The notes below the pieces were generated by a model. That model had not been told where the DNA came from, ran no database searches, and was given only the letters and a program-made list of their open reading frames with translations. The position numbers were made by a program, and so were the translations under genes. A DNA stretch of 64,000 bases, taken from Eledone cirrhosa (lineage: Eukaryota). Numbering within the stretch: position 1 is the first letter of the stretch; each line of letters starts with the position of its first letter. The stretch is from NCBI GenBank assembly GCA_964016885.1, contig OZ024741.1, forward strand, positions 144,894,001 to 144,958,000. Direction: 5' to 3'. Of the stretch, positions 63,969-64,000 are shown one piece after another.

Positions 63969-64000
63969 TGCTATCTACTAATCTGAAAAGGCTGTGAGCA

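Overview
Eukaryotic, AT-rich and repeat-saturated DNA. The repeat repertoire (MetaSINE- and Deu/Nin-type tRNA SINEs, RTE LINEs with an internal Cys/His finger, very long (TA)n/(CA)n tracts) suggests a cephalopod such as an octopus; this is inference. I cannot confidently identify any host protein-coding gene, and most short ORFs in the track are microsatellite artefacts. Recognisable elements: a Tx1/L1-type LINE 3' half (1-1845), an intact 1022-aa RTE ORF (8120-11188, minus), several decayed RTE copies, R4/Dong-like and CRE-like LINE fragments, two non-autonomous Helitrons, piggyBac-like MITEs, SINEs and minisatellites. The most notable signal is non-coding. At least five unrelated short elements, mostly next to (TA)n tracts, contain minimal type I hammerhead ribozyme folds (stem I - CUGANGA - stem II - GAAA - palindromic stem III - UH), and two more carry degenerate versions. 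Several are long fold-back palindromes with one outward-facing ribozyme on each strand. They look like Penelope-like or retrozyme-type non-autonomous elements, some with unusually long stem II. All folds were done by eye and no ribozyme activity has been tested.
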